From Bacteroidales bacterium (GTDB lineage: Bacteria; Bacteroidota; Bacteroidia; Bacteroidales; VadinHA17): a stretch of DNA of 64,000 nucleotides. Below, in pieces: positions 7,410 to 16,401 of this stretch (its first letter is position 1; every line of letters begins with the position of its first letter). Both the position numbers and the translations under genes were made by a program. Under the pieces are notes generated by a model. The model worked only from the letters and a program-made list of their open reading frames with translations, was not told the origin of the DNA and made no database searches. The stretch lies in the NCBI GenBank assembly GCA_011620595.1, contig WOYX01000009.1, positions 2,069 through 66,068 on the forward strand. The letters are read 5' to 3'.

Positions 7410-9329
7410 ATGAAAAAGCAAAACTGGTACAAGCTCCTTTATCAATTTGCGATAATTGGTGTTCTCACATTTATGGGCTTCCGTCTGCTCTTTGACAAGG
7501 CTTATGCACCCGACTTCGAGGCTTACTGCCCGTTTGGAGGACTACAGGCACTGGGGAGCTACCTTACCATGGACTCCCTCTCATGCTCCATGACCAGCAC
7601 GCAGATTATGATGGGGGTGGTCCTCTTCATTGGTATAGTGCTCTTCTCCCGGCTCTTCTGCGGATACATATGTCCCCTCGGCACTGTGGGAGAGTGGATA
7701 GGCAAGCTGGGCGACAGGCTGAAAGTGAGAATAACCCCTAAGGGTTTTGTTGACTATGCCCTCCGCCTTCCAAAGTACGTCCTACTCTTTATAACATTCT
7801 ACTTCACCCTGAAGTCGAGTGAGCTTTTCTGCAAGAAGTTTGACCCTTACTATGCCGTTGTCTCCGGCTTTGACAGTGATGTTGTACTGCTGTGGGCTCT
7901 CCTGGCCATCGTTGCACTTGTAGTCGGATCGCTCTTTGTAAGGCTCTTCTGGTGCCGCTATCTGTGCCCCCTGGGAGCCCTGTCGGCGATATTAAAGTTC
8001 TCATGGTGGTTCCTGGGTGTGATGGCACTTTATGTAATACTGATCCTGGTAGGTCTTGATATATCATATGTATACCCGCTCCTGGTAATTACCGCCGGCG
8101 GATATATCCTTGAGGTGACACGGATGAAAAAGGTGTGGCCTGATCCGGTGCATATCACGCGTAACACGGAAACCTGCATTGACTGCGGTCTCTGCTCTGA
8201 AACCTGTCCCCAGGGTATTGACGTGGCACAGATGGAGAAGGTGACCCATACGGACTGCACACTTTGCGGCGACTGTCTCCATGCATGTCCCGAAAAGGAT
8301 ACGCTCCTGATCAACAAAAAGAATATGAAGTGGCTTCCCGCAGTAGTGCTGGGAGCACTTATCATCCTGGGCATTGCCGCAGGCAGCCTGTTCGAGCTGC
8401 CCACCATTGATCAGAAGTGGGGCACCACTGAACAGGTTAAGAGTGCCGGAGTCTTCGAGATGGAAGGATTGAAGAACATCAAGTGCTTTGGCAGCTCTAC
8501 GGCTTTTGCCAACCAGATGCGTAGGCACGAAGGCATCTACGGTGTCTCCACTTTCGTGGCAAACAATAAGGTGCGGGTGCTGTATGACACATCGCTTTAT
8601 GACGACGAGAAGCTGCAGCAGCTTATGTTTGTACCCGTGAAGCGGGTCATCAGACCGGTGACAAATGATGTTGACTCGGTGATACACTACACCCTCACCA
8701 TTGATAAGTTCTTCGATCCCCTAGATGCTACCTATCTGCAGCATCTGCTCAATCAGAAGACTGATGCCTGCGGTTTCCAGACTGAATTTGCCTGCCCGGT
8801 GATAGTGCGAATATACTTCCCGGCAGGGAAAGAGCCCGGCAGAGAAGCCCTGACGGAGGTTATTGAGTCAAAAAACCTGACTTTCACCTCCAATGATAAT
8901 GAGTTTCATGTCAAGCTGCCCTATAAGGTCATTACCTTCGATGAAAAGCCTCTGAAAATGTCAAAGAGAGAATATGCTTCAGCCATGTTCGTTCCGACAA
9001 TCTCACGCTTCAACGGATTCTCAAATTTCTCGGATGATGTTGTCTCTAAATATATCCTCATGATGGGCACAAACTCGTCACACAAGGCCAGGTATACATA
9101 CCTGGTCAGCCACCTCTCAAATGATGACGGCATAATAGCCTTCGAAACCGCCCTGGACTCATTGGGGGCGGAGATGGGTGTGATCCACTACGTTGACACG
9201 GTCACCGCTCCTGACAACATCTATGCGGCTGTCAATGCCGATACCCTTGTCTTCCATTACACTGACGGCCGTACAGGCAAGCTCGCAAATCCCTTCAGCT
9301 TCCCTGATCCCGGCACTGTCAAAAAATAG
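7410..9329 (+). CDS. Integral-membrane polyferredoxin (NapH/NosR/MauN-like 4Fe-4S protein) with a long C-terminal extracytoplasmic extension
   Basis: 639 aa. It carries CPFGG, CGYICPLG and CRYLCPLG motifs and two ferredoxin motifs, CIDCGLCSETCP and CTLCGDCLHACP. These are followed by a TM (LPAVVLGALIILGIAAG) and about 300 aa with three beta-alpha-beta-beta-alpha-beta-like repeats. Confidence 0.85.
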   Translation: MKKQNWYKLLYQFAIIGVLTFMGFRLLFDKAYAPDFEAYCPFGGLQALGSYLTMDSLSCSMTSTQIMMGVVLFIGIVLFSRLFCGYICPLGTVGEWIGKLGDRLKVRITPKGFVDYALRLPKYVLLFITFYFTLKSSELFCKKFDPYYAVVSGFDSDVVLLWALLAIVALVVGSLFVRLFWCRYLCPLGALSAILKFSWWFLGVMALYVILILVGLDISYVYPLLVITAGGYILEVTRMKKVWPDPVHITRNTETCIDCGLCSETCPQGIDVAQMEKVTHTDCTLCGDCLHACPEKDTLLINKKNMKWLPAVVLGALIILGIAAGSLFELPTIDQKWGTTEQVKSAGVFEMEGLKNIKCFGSSTAFANQMRRHEGIYGVSTFVANNKVRVLYDTSLYDDEKLQQLMFVPVKRVIRPVTNDVDSVIHYTLTIDKFFDPLDATYLQHLLNQKTDACGFQTEFACPVIVRIYFPAGKEPGREALTEVIESKNLTFTSNDNEFHVKLPYKVITFDEKPLKMSKREYASAMFVPTISRFNGFSNFSDDVVSKYILMMGTNSSHKARYTYLVSHLSNDDGIIAFETALDSLGAEMGVIHYVDTVTAPDNIYAAVNADTLVFHYTDGRTGKLANPFSFPDPGTVKK

Positions 9330-9386
9330 CCTCCGAAACCTGTAACCATATAACCCTGACAAAAACTGATAACTGACAAACGCCAT

Positions 9387-10271
9387 ATGTATGCAATAGA
9401 GTGCAAAAACCTCACCCACTATTACGGGAAGAAGCTGGTCTATGAAAACCTGAGCTTCAATGTCGAAGAGGGCAAGATACTAGGTCTTCTTGGCAAAAAC
9501 GGCACCGGGAAGTCAACCACTATTAACATCCTCAACGGGTTCCTGCAGCCCTTTTCAGGGGAGTGTCTCATCTATGGGGAGAATACCCAGACACTCACCC
9601 CGGAGACCAAGAGAAGGATAGGGTTCCTGATAGAGGGACATATCCAGTATTCCTTCATGAATATTCACCAGATAGAGAAGTTCTATTCCGGATTTTATCC
9701 TGACTGGAACAGCGCACCTTACTGGGAGCTGATGTCAAAGCTGAAGGTCACCCCGAAGCAAAGGATCTCAACCATGTCATGCGGTCAGCGCTCTCAGGTG
9801 GCACTGGGACTCATCCTGGCACAGAATCCGGACCTGCTGATACTTGACGACTTCTCCATGGGCCTCGACCCGGGATACAGGAGACTCTTCATTGATTATA
9901 TGCGTGAGTATGCCAAGGCTGAACATAAAACAGTCTTCGTCACCTCTCATATTATCCAGGATATGGAGCGGCTGATAGACGATGTGATGATCATGGATTA
10001 TAACAAGATACTGGCGCAGCAGCCCGTGGAACAGTTCATGAACACCTTCAGGCAGTTCAATATCACCCTCACCTCTCCTCAGCAGGAGGTTGACCTCGAC
10101 GGCATTGCAGTCAACATAGAAAAGGTCAAGGATAAGATTGAATTCTATACTTATTCCACGGAGGATGAGGTTAAGAACTATCTCGCATCAAAAGGTATTG
10201 ACTACAGCTCATTTGAGGAGAGAAAGATGTCACTCGAAGATGCATTTATAGGACTCACACGCAAGTATTAA
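9387..10271 (+). CDS. ABC transporter ATP-binding protein (ABC-2/NosF/GldA-like class)
   Basis: 294 aa. Walker A is GKNGTGKST, the signature variant is MSCGQRSQV, and Walker B is LLILDD. Confidence 0.9.
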   Translation: MYAIECKNLTHYYGKKLVYENLSFNVEEGKILGLLGKNGTGKSTTINILNGFLQPFSGECLIYGENTQTLTPETKRRIGFLIEGHIQYSFMNIHQIEKFYSGFYPDWNSAPYWELMSKLKVTPKQRISTMSCGQRSQVALGLILAQNPDLLILDDFSMGLDPGYRRLFIDYMREYAKAEHKTVFVTSHIIQDMERLIDDVMIMDYNKILAQQPVEQFMNTFRQFNITLTSPQQEVDLDGIAVNIEKVKDKIEFYTYSTEDEVKNYLASKGIDYSSFEERKMSLEDAFIGLTRKY

Positions 10272-10288
10272 CCCTGAATATAACACAC

Positions 10289-10957
10289 ATGCTTAAATCA
10301 ATATTGTATAAAGAGTGGATCAAGATCAGGCTGGTTGTCTGGATAGCATTGGGCCTCGGCCTGCTTGCCCTGATCAATATTTTCCTTAAGGTGCGTCATG
10401 ACATACTGTTTGTCGATGCCGCGAATTACTGGTATTCATTTCTTTTCAGGGGCTATACCTATTTCAGTATCCTGAAGTTCCTGCCTTTTGTCATTGGCCT
10501 TGCAGTAGCAATAGCACAATACTTCCCGGAGACAGTCAACAAGCGATTAAAGCTGACGTTTCATCTTCCCGTCTCCGAGAACGGCATACTGATCAAGATG
10601 CATGCATTCGGAGCGGTGATACTTCTGGCTCTTTTCCTGGTCCTGCTGGGGCTTTTCACTGCCGGCAGTGCCATCTTCTTTCCTTCAAACATCATCAGGG
10701 CATCCCTGCTGACCATCTTGCCCTGGTTTCTGGGCGGTATGGCTACCTATTTTCTGGTTGCACTGATACTGCTCGAGCCAATGTGGATCTTCAGGGGACT
10801 CTATACGGCAGTGGCTGCAGGGTTTGTGACAATCTTCTTCACCAGTGCATCAATCGGCGCCTTCAGTCCGGTGCTTCTGCCACTCACGCTGATCACACTT
10901 GTTCTTAGTTGTGTTGTTTTATTTTCAGGTTACAGGTTCAGGAAAGGAGAGATGTAA
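10289..10957 (+). CDS. Polytopic membrane protein, putative ABC-2-type permease partner
   Basis: 222 aa with about 6 hydrophobic segments. It lies 17 nt after the ATPase gene and 1 nt before the next gene. Confidence 0.65.
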   Translation: MLKSILYKEWIKIRLVVWIALGLGLLALINIFLKVRHDILFVDAANYWYSFLFRGYTYFSILKFLPFVIGLAVAIAQYFPETVNKRLKLTFHLPVSENGILIKMHAFGAVILLALFLVLLGLFTAGSAIFFPSNIIRASLLTILPWFLGGMATYFLVALILLEPMWIFRGLYTAVAAGFVTIFFTSASIGAFSPVLLPLTLITLVLSCVVLFSGYRFRKGEM

Positions 10958-10958
10958 G

Positions 10959-12206
10959 ATGATAAAGTTCAGCAGATATATATTAGTGGCAACAGGTATC
11001 CTGGTAGCATCGATAGTGCTGCCGTCACTGTTCTGGACAATCTTTGAGAAGGTTCCCAGGTCACCCAATATCTTCTACAGCACCATTACGGAAGACTTTG
11101 TGATTGTTGACGGCAGTAAGAAGAAAAATCCGAAAGGGGAGGAATACACCTCAGAAGAGTATGAAAAGATTCTTCCCTTCATGTTCTTCAGGCAGCTGAT
11201 GGCTGACGGTACGATGCCCGATTCCATCCACGGCGTGCTGATGGAGGCTCCCTCAATAAGCAGGGCCTCATCATTCTACAGGTATACACCGAAAAGATTC
11301 GACTCTCCGGTTCCCACCCTCTGGCCCATGTTTGAATCACAGAGCGGAAAGGTAAACCTCTCAATGCCGGAAGACTATTTCCGGATTGAAAAAAGGATGG
11401 AATTCATTGTGGCCAGAACAAACGAGGTCAACGAGGAGAAGAGCAGCCTCTTTACCGCTGCCCTTGCTGAAGAGGGATTCTCCTTCCCGGCAAAGATCAT
11501 AGCCGGCATTCCCACTACGAGGAAATCATGCGACGAGGGATATTTCATCACCGACAACGCAGGGGCACTCTTTCATGTAAAGATGATCAAGGGGCAGCCC
11601 TACGTTGTGCGGATTGAAACCCCGGAGGAGCTTGATATAGTTTATATTGAAGCTGTAGATATCAGAAGCAAAGAGTATTACTGTTATGTTTTTACACGTA
11701 ATAAGGGTATATTTGTGGTAATGGATGAGGTTTATGACCTCCAGCGCCTGCCGGTTGACGGGTTTAATCCTTCGCTTCATACATTCAAGCTTACCGCTGA
11801 TCTGTTCAATAAGTGCATCACCGTTATGGGAAGTAACTGGTATGAGGCAATAGCAATTGATGACATGTATAATGTTGTGGCCACTCACGGGGAGGAGTGG
11901 GAAGATCTGTATGATAGACCTGACGGCAAGATGTTTGCTTCACTCTTTCCGTTTGAGATACGGATGAGGGACGACAACTCTTCATTTGTAAGATTCTACT
12001 TCAAGCCTTCACCGGGCGTAAGGTGGCTCATTGTTAACCTGCTTGCCCTGATAGCGGCAGTGGTGCTGATCATCAGGCGCGGATGGCCGCTTAGATCCAA
12101 TATTCCCGATCTGCTGATTACGGCCGTTACAGGAGTGTACGGGCTGATTGCCACACAGTTCTTTCCGAACAAATTCAGTAAAGTGAAACCTCCAGCCAAA
12201 AACTGA
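10959..12206 (+). CDS. Bitopic membrane protein with a large periplasmic domain (DUF4857-like, from memory of Bacteroides annotations)
   Basis: ATG at 10959 gives MIKFSRYILVATGILVASIVLPSLFW (an N-terminal TM), then about 350 aa of soluble domain and C-terminal TMs (WLIVNLLALIAAVVLII, LLITAVTGVYGLIATQFF). The ORF-track start at 10899 overlaps the previous gene. Confidence 0.7.
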   Translation: MIKFSRYILVATGILVASIVLPSLFWTIFEKVPRSPNIFYSTITEDFVIVDGSKKKNPKGEEYTSEEYEKILPFMFFRQLMADGTMPDSIHGVLMEAPSISRASSFYRYTPKRFDSPVPTLWPMFESQSGKVNLSMPEDYFRIEKRMEFIVARTNEVNEEKSSLFTAALAEEGFSFPAKIIAGIPTTRKSCDEGYFITDNAGALFHVKMIKGQPYVVRIETPEELDIVYIEAVDIRSKEYYCYVFTRNKGIFVVMDEVYDLQRLPVDGFNPSLHTFKLTADLFNKCITVMGSNWYEAIAIDDMYNVVATHGEEWEDLYDRPDGKMFASLFPFEIRMRDDNSSFVRFYFKPSPGVRWLIVNLLALIAAVVLIIRRGWPLRSNIPDLLITAVTGVYGLIATQFFPNKFSKVKPPAKN

Positions 12207-12210
12207 CAGA

Positions 12211-15099
12211 TTGAAAAAGTTACTTTCAATAGTGGTATTGCTAGGCTTTGCCCTGGTGCTGACGGGACAGACACGGCCGTCGATGCAGGGCAAGGTCATC
12301 TGCCGGAATACAGGAGAGCCGGTTATGATGGCGACCGTAGTTGTCAAGGAGCTTAACATCTGGGCTACCACCAATGATTCCGGCGAATTTGTGCTGCGGA
12401 ATGTCCCTTCCGGGACATATACCCTGGTTGTCTCATGTCTGGGTTTTATTGAACATGAGCACCCGGTTACCTTCCCGGTTCGTGAAGAGAAGGTCACCGT
12501 CCTGATTGATGAGGCCACCCTCGCCATTGAGGATGTGGTGGTGACAGCCAAGGAGGGGCGGCGCATAGCCTCCGGGTCGGTGATAGAACAGTCGGCCATA
12601 CAGCATGTGCAGCCCACCGACTTGTCCGATGTGCTGCAGCTGTTGCCGGGCCAGACGGCACTAAACCCTGACCTTTCAAGACCCAAACAACTGACAATCA
12701 GGGAGATCATCAGAAAAGACGGCTATATAGGCGATAATATGGCCAGCCTGGGGACTCTGCTAATTGTTGACGGGGCACCGGTATCCAATGATGCCAATAT
12801 GCAGTTTCTCAAGACTACCGGTGCATCAACGGGCGTTACTGCCGGGTTTGCCACCACAGCATCAGGCGGAACGGATGTCAGACAGATAGCTGTTGACAAT
12901 ATTGAGACCATAGAAGTAGTAAGAGGTATTGCGGGTGTTGAGAACGGTGATATGCTCAGCGGTGCTGTCAAGGTAACCATGAAGAAGGGAAAGACCCCCT
13001 TCACCGCCAAAATTAAAACAGACCCCGGGATAAAGCAGTTCTATGCCGGAAAGGGTCTGGCACTTGGAGACAGGGCAGGTACACTAAACCTCGACTTTGA
13101 CTATACGCAGTCTTTTGATGACATAAGGGTAAAATATAAGACCTTCAACAGGTTCAACGGCGGTTTGATCTATAACAACACCCTGTTCAGGGAAAGCAGG
13201 CCGCTCACCCTGAGCCTTTCGGCACGTGGATCCCAGACCCTCGATGTCAGCAAGAACGATCCCGATATGCTTGATATCGAGGACTATGAGGCAAAGGATC
13301 AGGGTCTCTCCATAAACCTTAACGCAAAATGGGCCATGAACTCCGCGGTGCTGACAAACCTGAACCTGATGGTCTCAGGCAACATACAGCACCAGGTGGG
13401 CCATGAGGTCACCATGGAGGAGATACCCTCAGGTGCCCAGCCGCAGCCGATGGCTTATGAGCCGGGAGAGAACCAGGTACCCATACTGCCCTCCTCATAT
13501 ATCAGCGATCTCACCATCGACGGACGTCCCTATTATTACAATGCAAAGCTGTCAGGCAACCGGTCGTTCAATATCGGTAAAGTCCTCAACAACATTGTTG
13601 CCGGGGTTGAATACAGACTCATCGGAAACAACGGCCTGGGAAGGGTCTATGACCTGTCGCGGCCGCCGGTACCTGTCGGTGGAACGGATGCAAGACCGAG
13701 GTCATACAAGGATATTCCATCCCTGGGACAGCTGGCGTACTATGCCGAAGAGAACCTGGGTATACCGATTGGCAAGACAAGGCTCGACCTGCAGGCCGGC
13801 CTCAGATTCACCAATGTACAGCCCGAAGGCATCTTCAGGTCAAAGGAGCAGACCACCATGCTTGACCCCCGGTTTAATGCCAGGTATACTGTTATCGACA
13901 ACGGAAAGGGAGCTGTATCTCATCTGGCATTCAGGGGCGGCTACGGCCTCTTCTCCAAAGCCCCGTCACTGCTCTATCTTTACCCGGACAGGGCCTACTG
14001 GGACAAGACCGGTCTCAGCTATTACGATCCGGTTGCACAGAGGGGCCTGTTCGTAGTGACAACCAAGATATTTGAGAATCCACGCAACGAAAACCTGGTC
14101 CCGGCGGTAAACCGCAAAATTGAAGGCGGATTTGACCTGACAGTCGAAAATATTGACCTGAATATCACTCTCTATTCCGAGAAAATGGAGAACGGTTTCA
14201 GCTTCGAATCATACTATGAGAATTTTATTTTCAACAGGTACACACAACCGTTGGAGAACGGCCTGGAGCTCTACTTTGTACCCGGCTCGGGAGTATTCTA
14301 CGTCGACCCTGTCGCAGGTACCGAGGTGCAGCTGCCGGTGGTACAGGATACCGTGTTCGTCAGCTTCACCTATCCCGGGAATGGCACCATGACAACAAAA
14401 AAGGGTGTTGAGTTTACCCTCGACCTCGGCACGGTAAGAGCGTTACGTACCTCCTTCATCATTGACGGTGCCTGGATGACGGTGAAGAGGCAGACAACTG
14501 TGTGTGATCTCACCAAGCCCTCCTCGGGCAGCATCGGCGGGAAGGAGTTCCCCATGGTTGCACTCTATCCTGCCGGATACGGCAGCATTGACAAGCGCTT
14601 CAATACCAACATCAGGACCATCACACATATCAGGGAACTGCGCATGGTGGCATCTGTGACTACACAGATAATCTGGATGGACCGTGACCAGAGTGTCTGG
14701 GATGACCCTGACGGCAATCCACTGTTCTATACCAATCCTGCTGTTGATGACCCGTATGCCGATAAGCTCTACCCGAAATATGTTGACCCCCTGGGCTATT
14801 ATGACCGTCAGATGGTTTACCATGAGTTCGACCGTGCCCTGGCAGTCACCAAACCTTACTCTGACCTGATAAAACGGTATAATACCCCCTGGTACTTTGC
14901 CGAGACAGGCTACCCTCCGTACTTCGTTATAAACTTCAAGCTCACAAAGGAGATCACTGACAAGGCCAATTTCTCATTCTATGCAAATAATATTACCAAT
15001 CATAATCCCCTGATAAAACAGCGTGGGGGCGCTCCTGAAGTCTATGCACGCAGGAACCCTCCTCTCTATTTTGGTGCAGAGATAAAGATCAAATTCTAA
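12211..15099 (+). CDS. TonB-dependent receptor with an N-terminal carboxypeptidase-regulatory-like domain
   Basis: 962 aa with a TTG start and a signal peptide. The CarboxypepD_reg-like stretch is GKVICRNTGEPVMMATVVV...TNDSGEFVLRNVPSGTYTLVVSCLGF. The plug region is DLSDVLQLLPG. The C-terminus ends in Phe (EIKIKF). Confidence 0.9.
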   Translation: MKKLLSIVVLLGFALVLTGQTRPSMQGKVICRNTGEPVMMATVVVKELNIWATTNDSGEFVLRNVPSGTYTLVVSCLGFIEHEHPVTFPVREEKVTVLIDEATLAIEDVVVTAKEGRRIASGSVIEQSAIQHVQPTDLSDVLQLLPGQTALNPDLSRPKQLTIREIIRKDGYIGDNMASLGTLLIVDGAPVSNDANMQFLKTTGASTGVTAGFATTASGGTDVRQIAVDNIETIEVVRGIAGVENGDMLSGAVKVTMKKGKTPFTAKIKTDPGIKQFYAGKGLALGDRAGTLNLDFDYTQSFDDIRVKYKTFNRFNGGLIYNNTLFRESRPLTLSLSARGSQTLDVSKNDPDMLDIEDYEAKDQGLSINLNAKWAMNSAVLTNLNLMVSGNIQHQVGHEVTMEEIPSGAQPQPMAYEPGENQVPILPSSYISDLTIDGRPYYYNAKLSGNRSFNIGKVLNNIVAGVEYRLIGNNGLGRVYDLSRPPVPVGGTDARPRSYKDIPSLGQLAYYAEENLGIPIGKTRLDLQAGLRFTNVQPEGIFRSKEQTTMLDPRFNARYTVIDNGKGAVSHLAFRGGYGLFSKAPSLLYLYPDRAYWDKTGLSYYDPVAQRGLFVVTTKIFENPRNENLVPAVNRKIEGGFDLTVENIDLNITLYSEKMENGFSFESYYENFIFNRYTQPLENGLELYFVPGSGVFYVDPVAGTEVQLPVVQDTVFVSFTYPGNGTMTTKKGVEFTLDLGTVRALRTSFIIDGAWMTVKRQTTVCDLTKPSSGSIGGKEFPMVALYPAGYGSIDKRFNTNIRTITHIRELRMVASVTTQIIWMDRDQSVWDDPDGNPLFYTNPAVDDPYADKLYPKYVDPLGYYDRQMVYHEFDRALAVTKPYSDLIKRYNTPWYFAETGYPPYFVINFKLTKEITDKANFSFYANNITNHNPLIKQRGGAPEVYARRNPPLYFGAEIKIKF

Positions 15100-15115
15100 C
15101 CTTAAATCCAATATC

Positions 15116-16321
15116 ATGAAAAAATGTTCAATCTTTCTGGTTATCATTCTTGCGGGAGTGGCAGCACTTACCTCCTGCGAGAAGGGAGCACAACTCTATG
15201 ATGTAACCATCTCGGCTTACTATCCCGAGGGTTACGGCGATGATCTTGCCTCCGATGTTAATATTCTGATAGAGAATACCATCTCGGGCCAGAAGTTTAA
15301 CCTTGTGACCAACACTCTCGGCACTGCCTCAATAGCACTCGAAGAGGGGATGTATAAAATATCGGCCACCAAGGAGACAAGTGATTTCTACCTTAACGGA
15401 ATAACAGAGAATCTGACAGTACAGCCCACCGGGGCAAACAACTGGGATGTACACCTGGTGGCTACCTCAAAAAAGGGCGGTCTTGTCCTCAAGGAGATCT
15501 ACTACACGGGCTCCAAGACCGAGACAGGCAGCAATTACTATTCGGACCAGTTTCATGAGATCTACAACAACAGCGATGAGGTGGTCTATCTTGACGGTCT
15601 CTGCATCGGACTCACCTGGCCAGTATCATCATCTCCTACCGAGTTTGTAAATCCTGACGGGTCGATCATGGACCGGATACCGACTTACTTTCATGCCCTG
15701 ATGTTCCCGGGCACGGGTCAGCAGTACCCGCTGCAGCCCAGAACCAGCGTCGTACTGGCCATGGATGCCATAGACCACCAGACAGACCCGCTGGGCAATC
15801 CGCTCTCTCCTGTAAATCTTGGAAGTGCACAGTTTGAGGCTTTCATTGAGGCCCCCGGCAAGGATACAGACGCCCCGCAGGCTGCAAATATGATTGTGAT
15901 GTACACTACCTCTACGTCAATGTATGACTGGCTACATTCAGTCTTTGGCCAGGGAGTTATCATTTTCAGGTTGCCGACAGGACTCGACTGGCAGACCTTT
16001 GTTGCCAATCCCGACAACTTCATGACCAGGCCAGGCTCCACATCGACCACAGAGTATCTCATGGTTGATAAGGACTGGGTTATTGACGGCGTGGAATGCA
16101 ACCGCCCGGAAGAGGACAAGAGATTCAAGAGGCTGCCTACCTCTGTTGACGCCGGTATGGTCTGGAGCCTTGCCACCTACAACAGCAAGAGCGTAAGACG
16201 TAAGGTTGAAAAGATCCTTGACGGAAAGGTCATCTACAAGGACAGCAACAACTCTTACAACGACTTTATCAATGATCTGGATCCAACACCCTTTGTTCAT
16301 CCGACAACCGTTGACGACTAG
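15116..16321 (+). CDS. Surface/periplasmic lipoprotein with a lamin-tail-domain-like module (DUF4876-like)
   Basis: 401 aa. The lipobox is AALTSC. The N-terminal domain looks Ig/CarboxypepD-like. LVLKEIYYTGSKTETGSNYYSDQFHEIYNNSDEVVYLDGLCIG resembles the LTD core motif. Confidence 0.7.
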   Translation: MKKCSIFLVIILAGVAALTSCEKGAQLYDVTISAYYPEGYGDDLASDVNILIENTISGQKFNLVTNTLGTASIALEEGMYKISATKETSDFYLNGITENLTVQPTGANNWDVHLVATSKKGGLVLKEIYYTGSKTETGSNYYSDQFHEIYNNSDEVVYLDGLCIGLTWPVSSSPTEFVNPDGSIMDRIPTYFHALMFPGTGQQYPLQPRTSVVLAMDAIDHQTDPLGNPLSPVNLGSAQFEAFIEAPGKDTDAPQAANMIVMYTTSTSMYDWLHSVFGQGVIIFRLPTGLDWQTFVANPDNFMTRPGSTSTTEYLMVDKDWVIDGVECNRPEEDKRFKRLPTSVDAGMVWSLATYNSKSVRRKVEKILDGKVIYKDSNNSYNDFINDLDPTPFVHPTTVDD

Positions 16322-16401
16322 CTGACACAATAAAGCGAGTGTGCCGGGACAGGAATAAACAGCCTGTCCGGCACCCCGCTTTAATTAACTGAATAACCCG
16401 G

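Noticed and set aside
12009-12710. 233-aa minus-strand ORF spanning the junction between the bitopic protein gene and the TBDR gene
   Set aside because: It is antisense to two well-supported genes. The product is Cys/Ser/Thr-rich and shows no domain signature. It is a typical shadow ORF in GC-balanced DNA.
13403-14056. 217-aa plus-strand ORF in an alternative frame within the TonB-dependent receptor gene
   Set aside because: It is an out-of-frame overlap with a 962-aa gene that reads through with receptor motifs. The product is Arg/Ser/Pro-rich, as expected of an off-frame translation.
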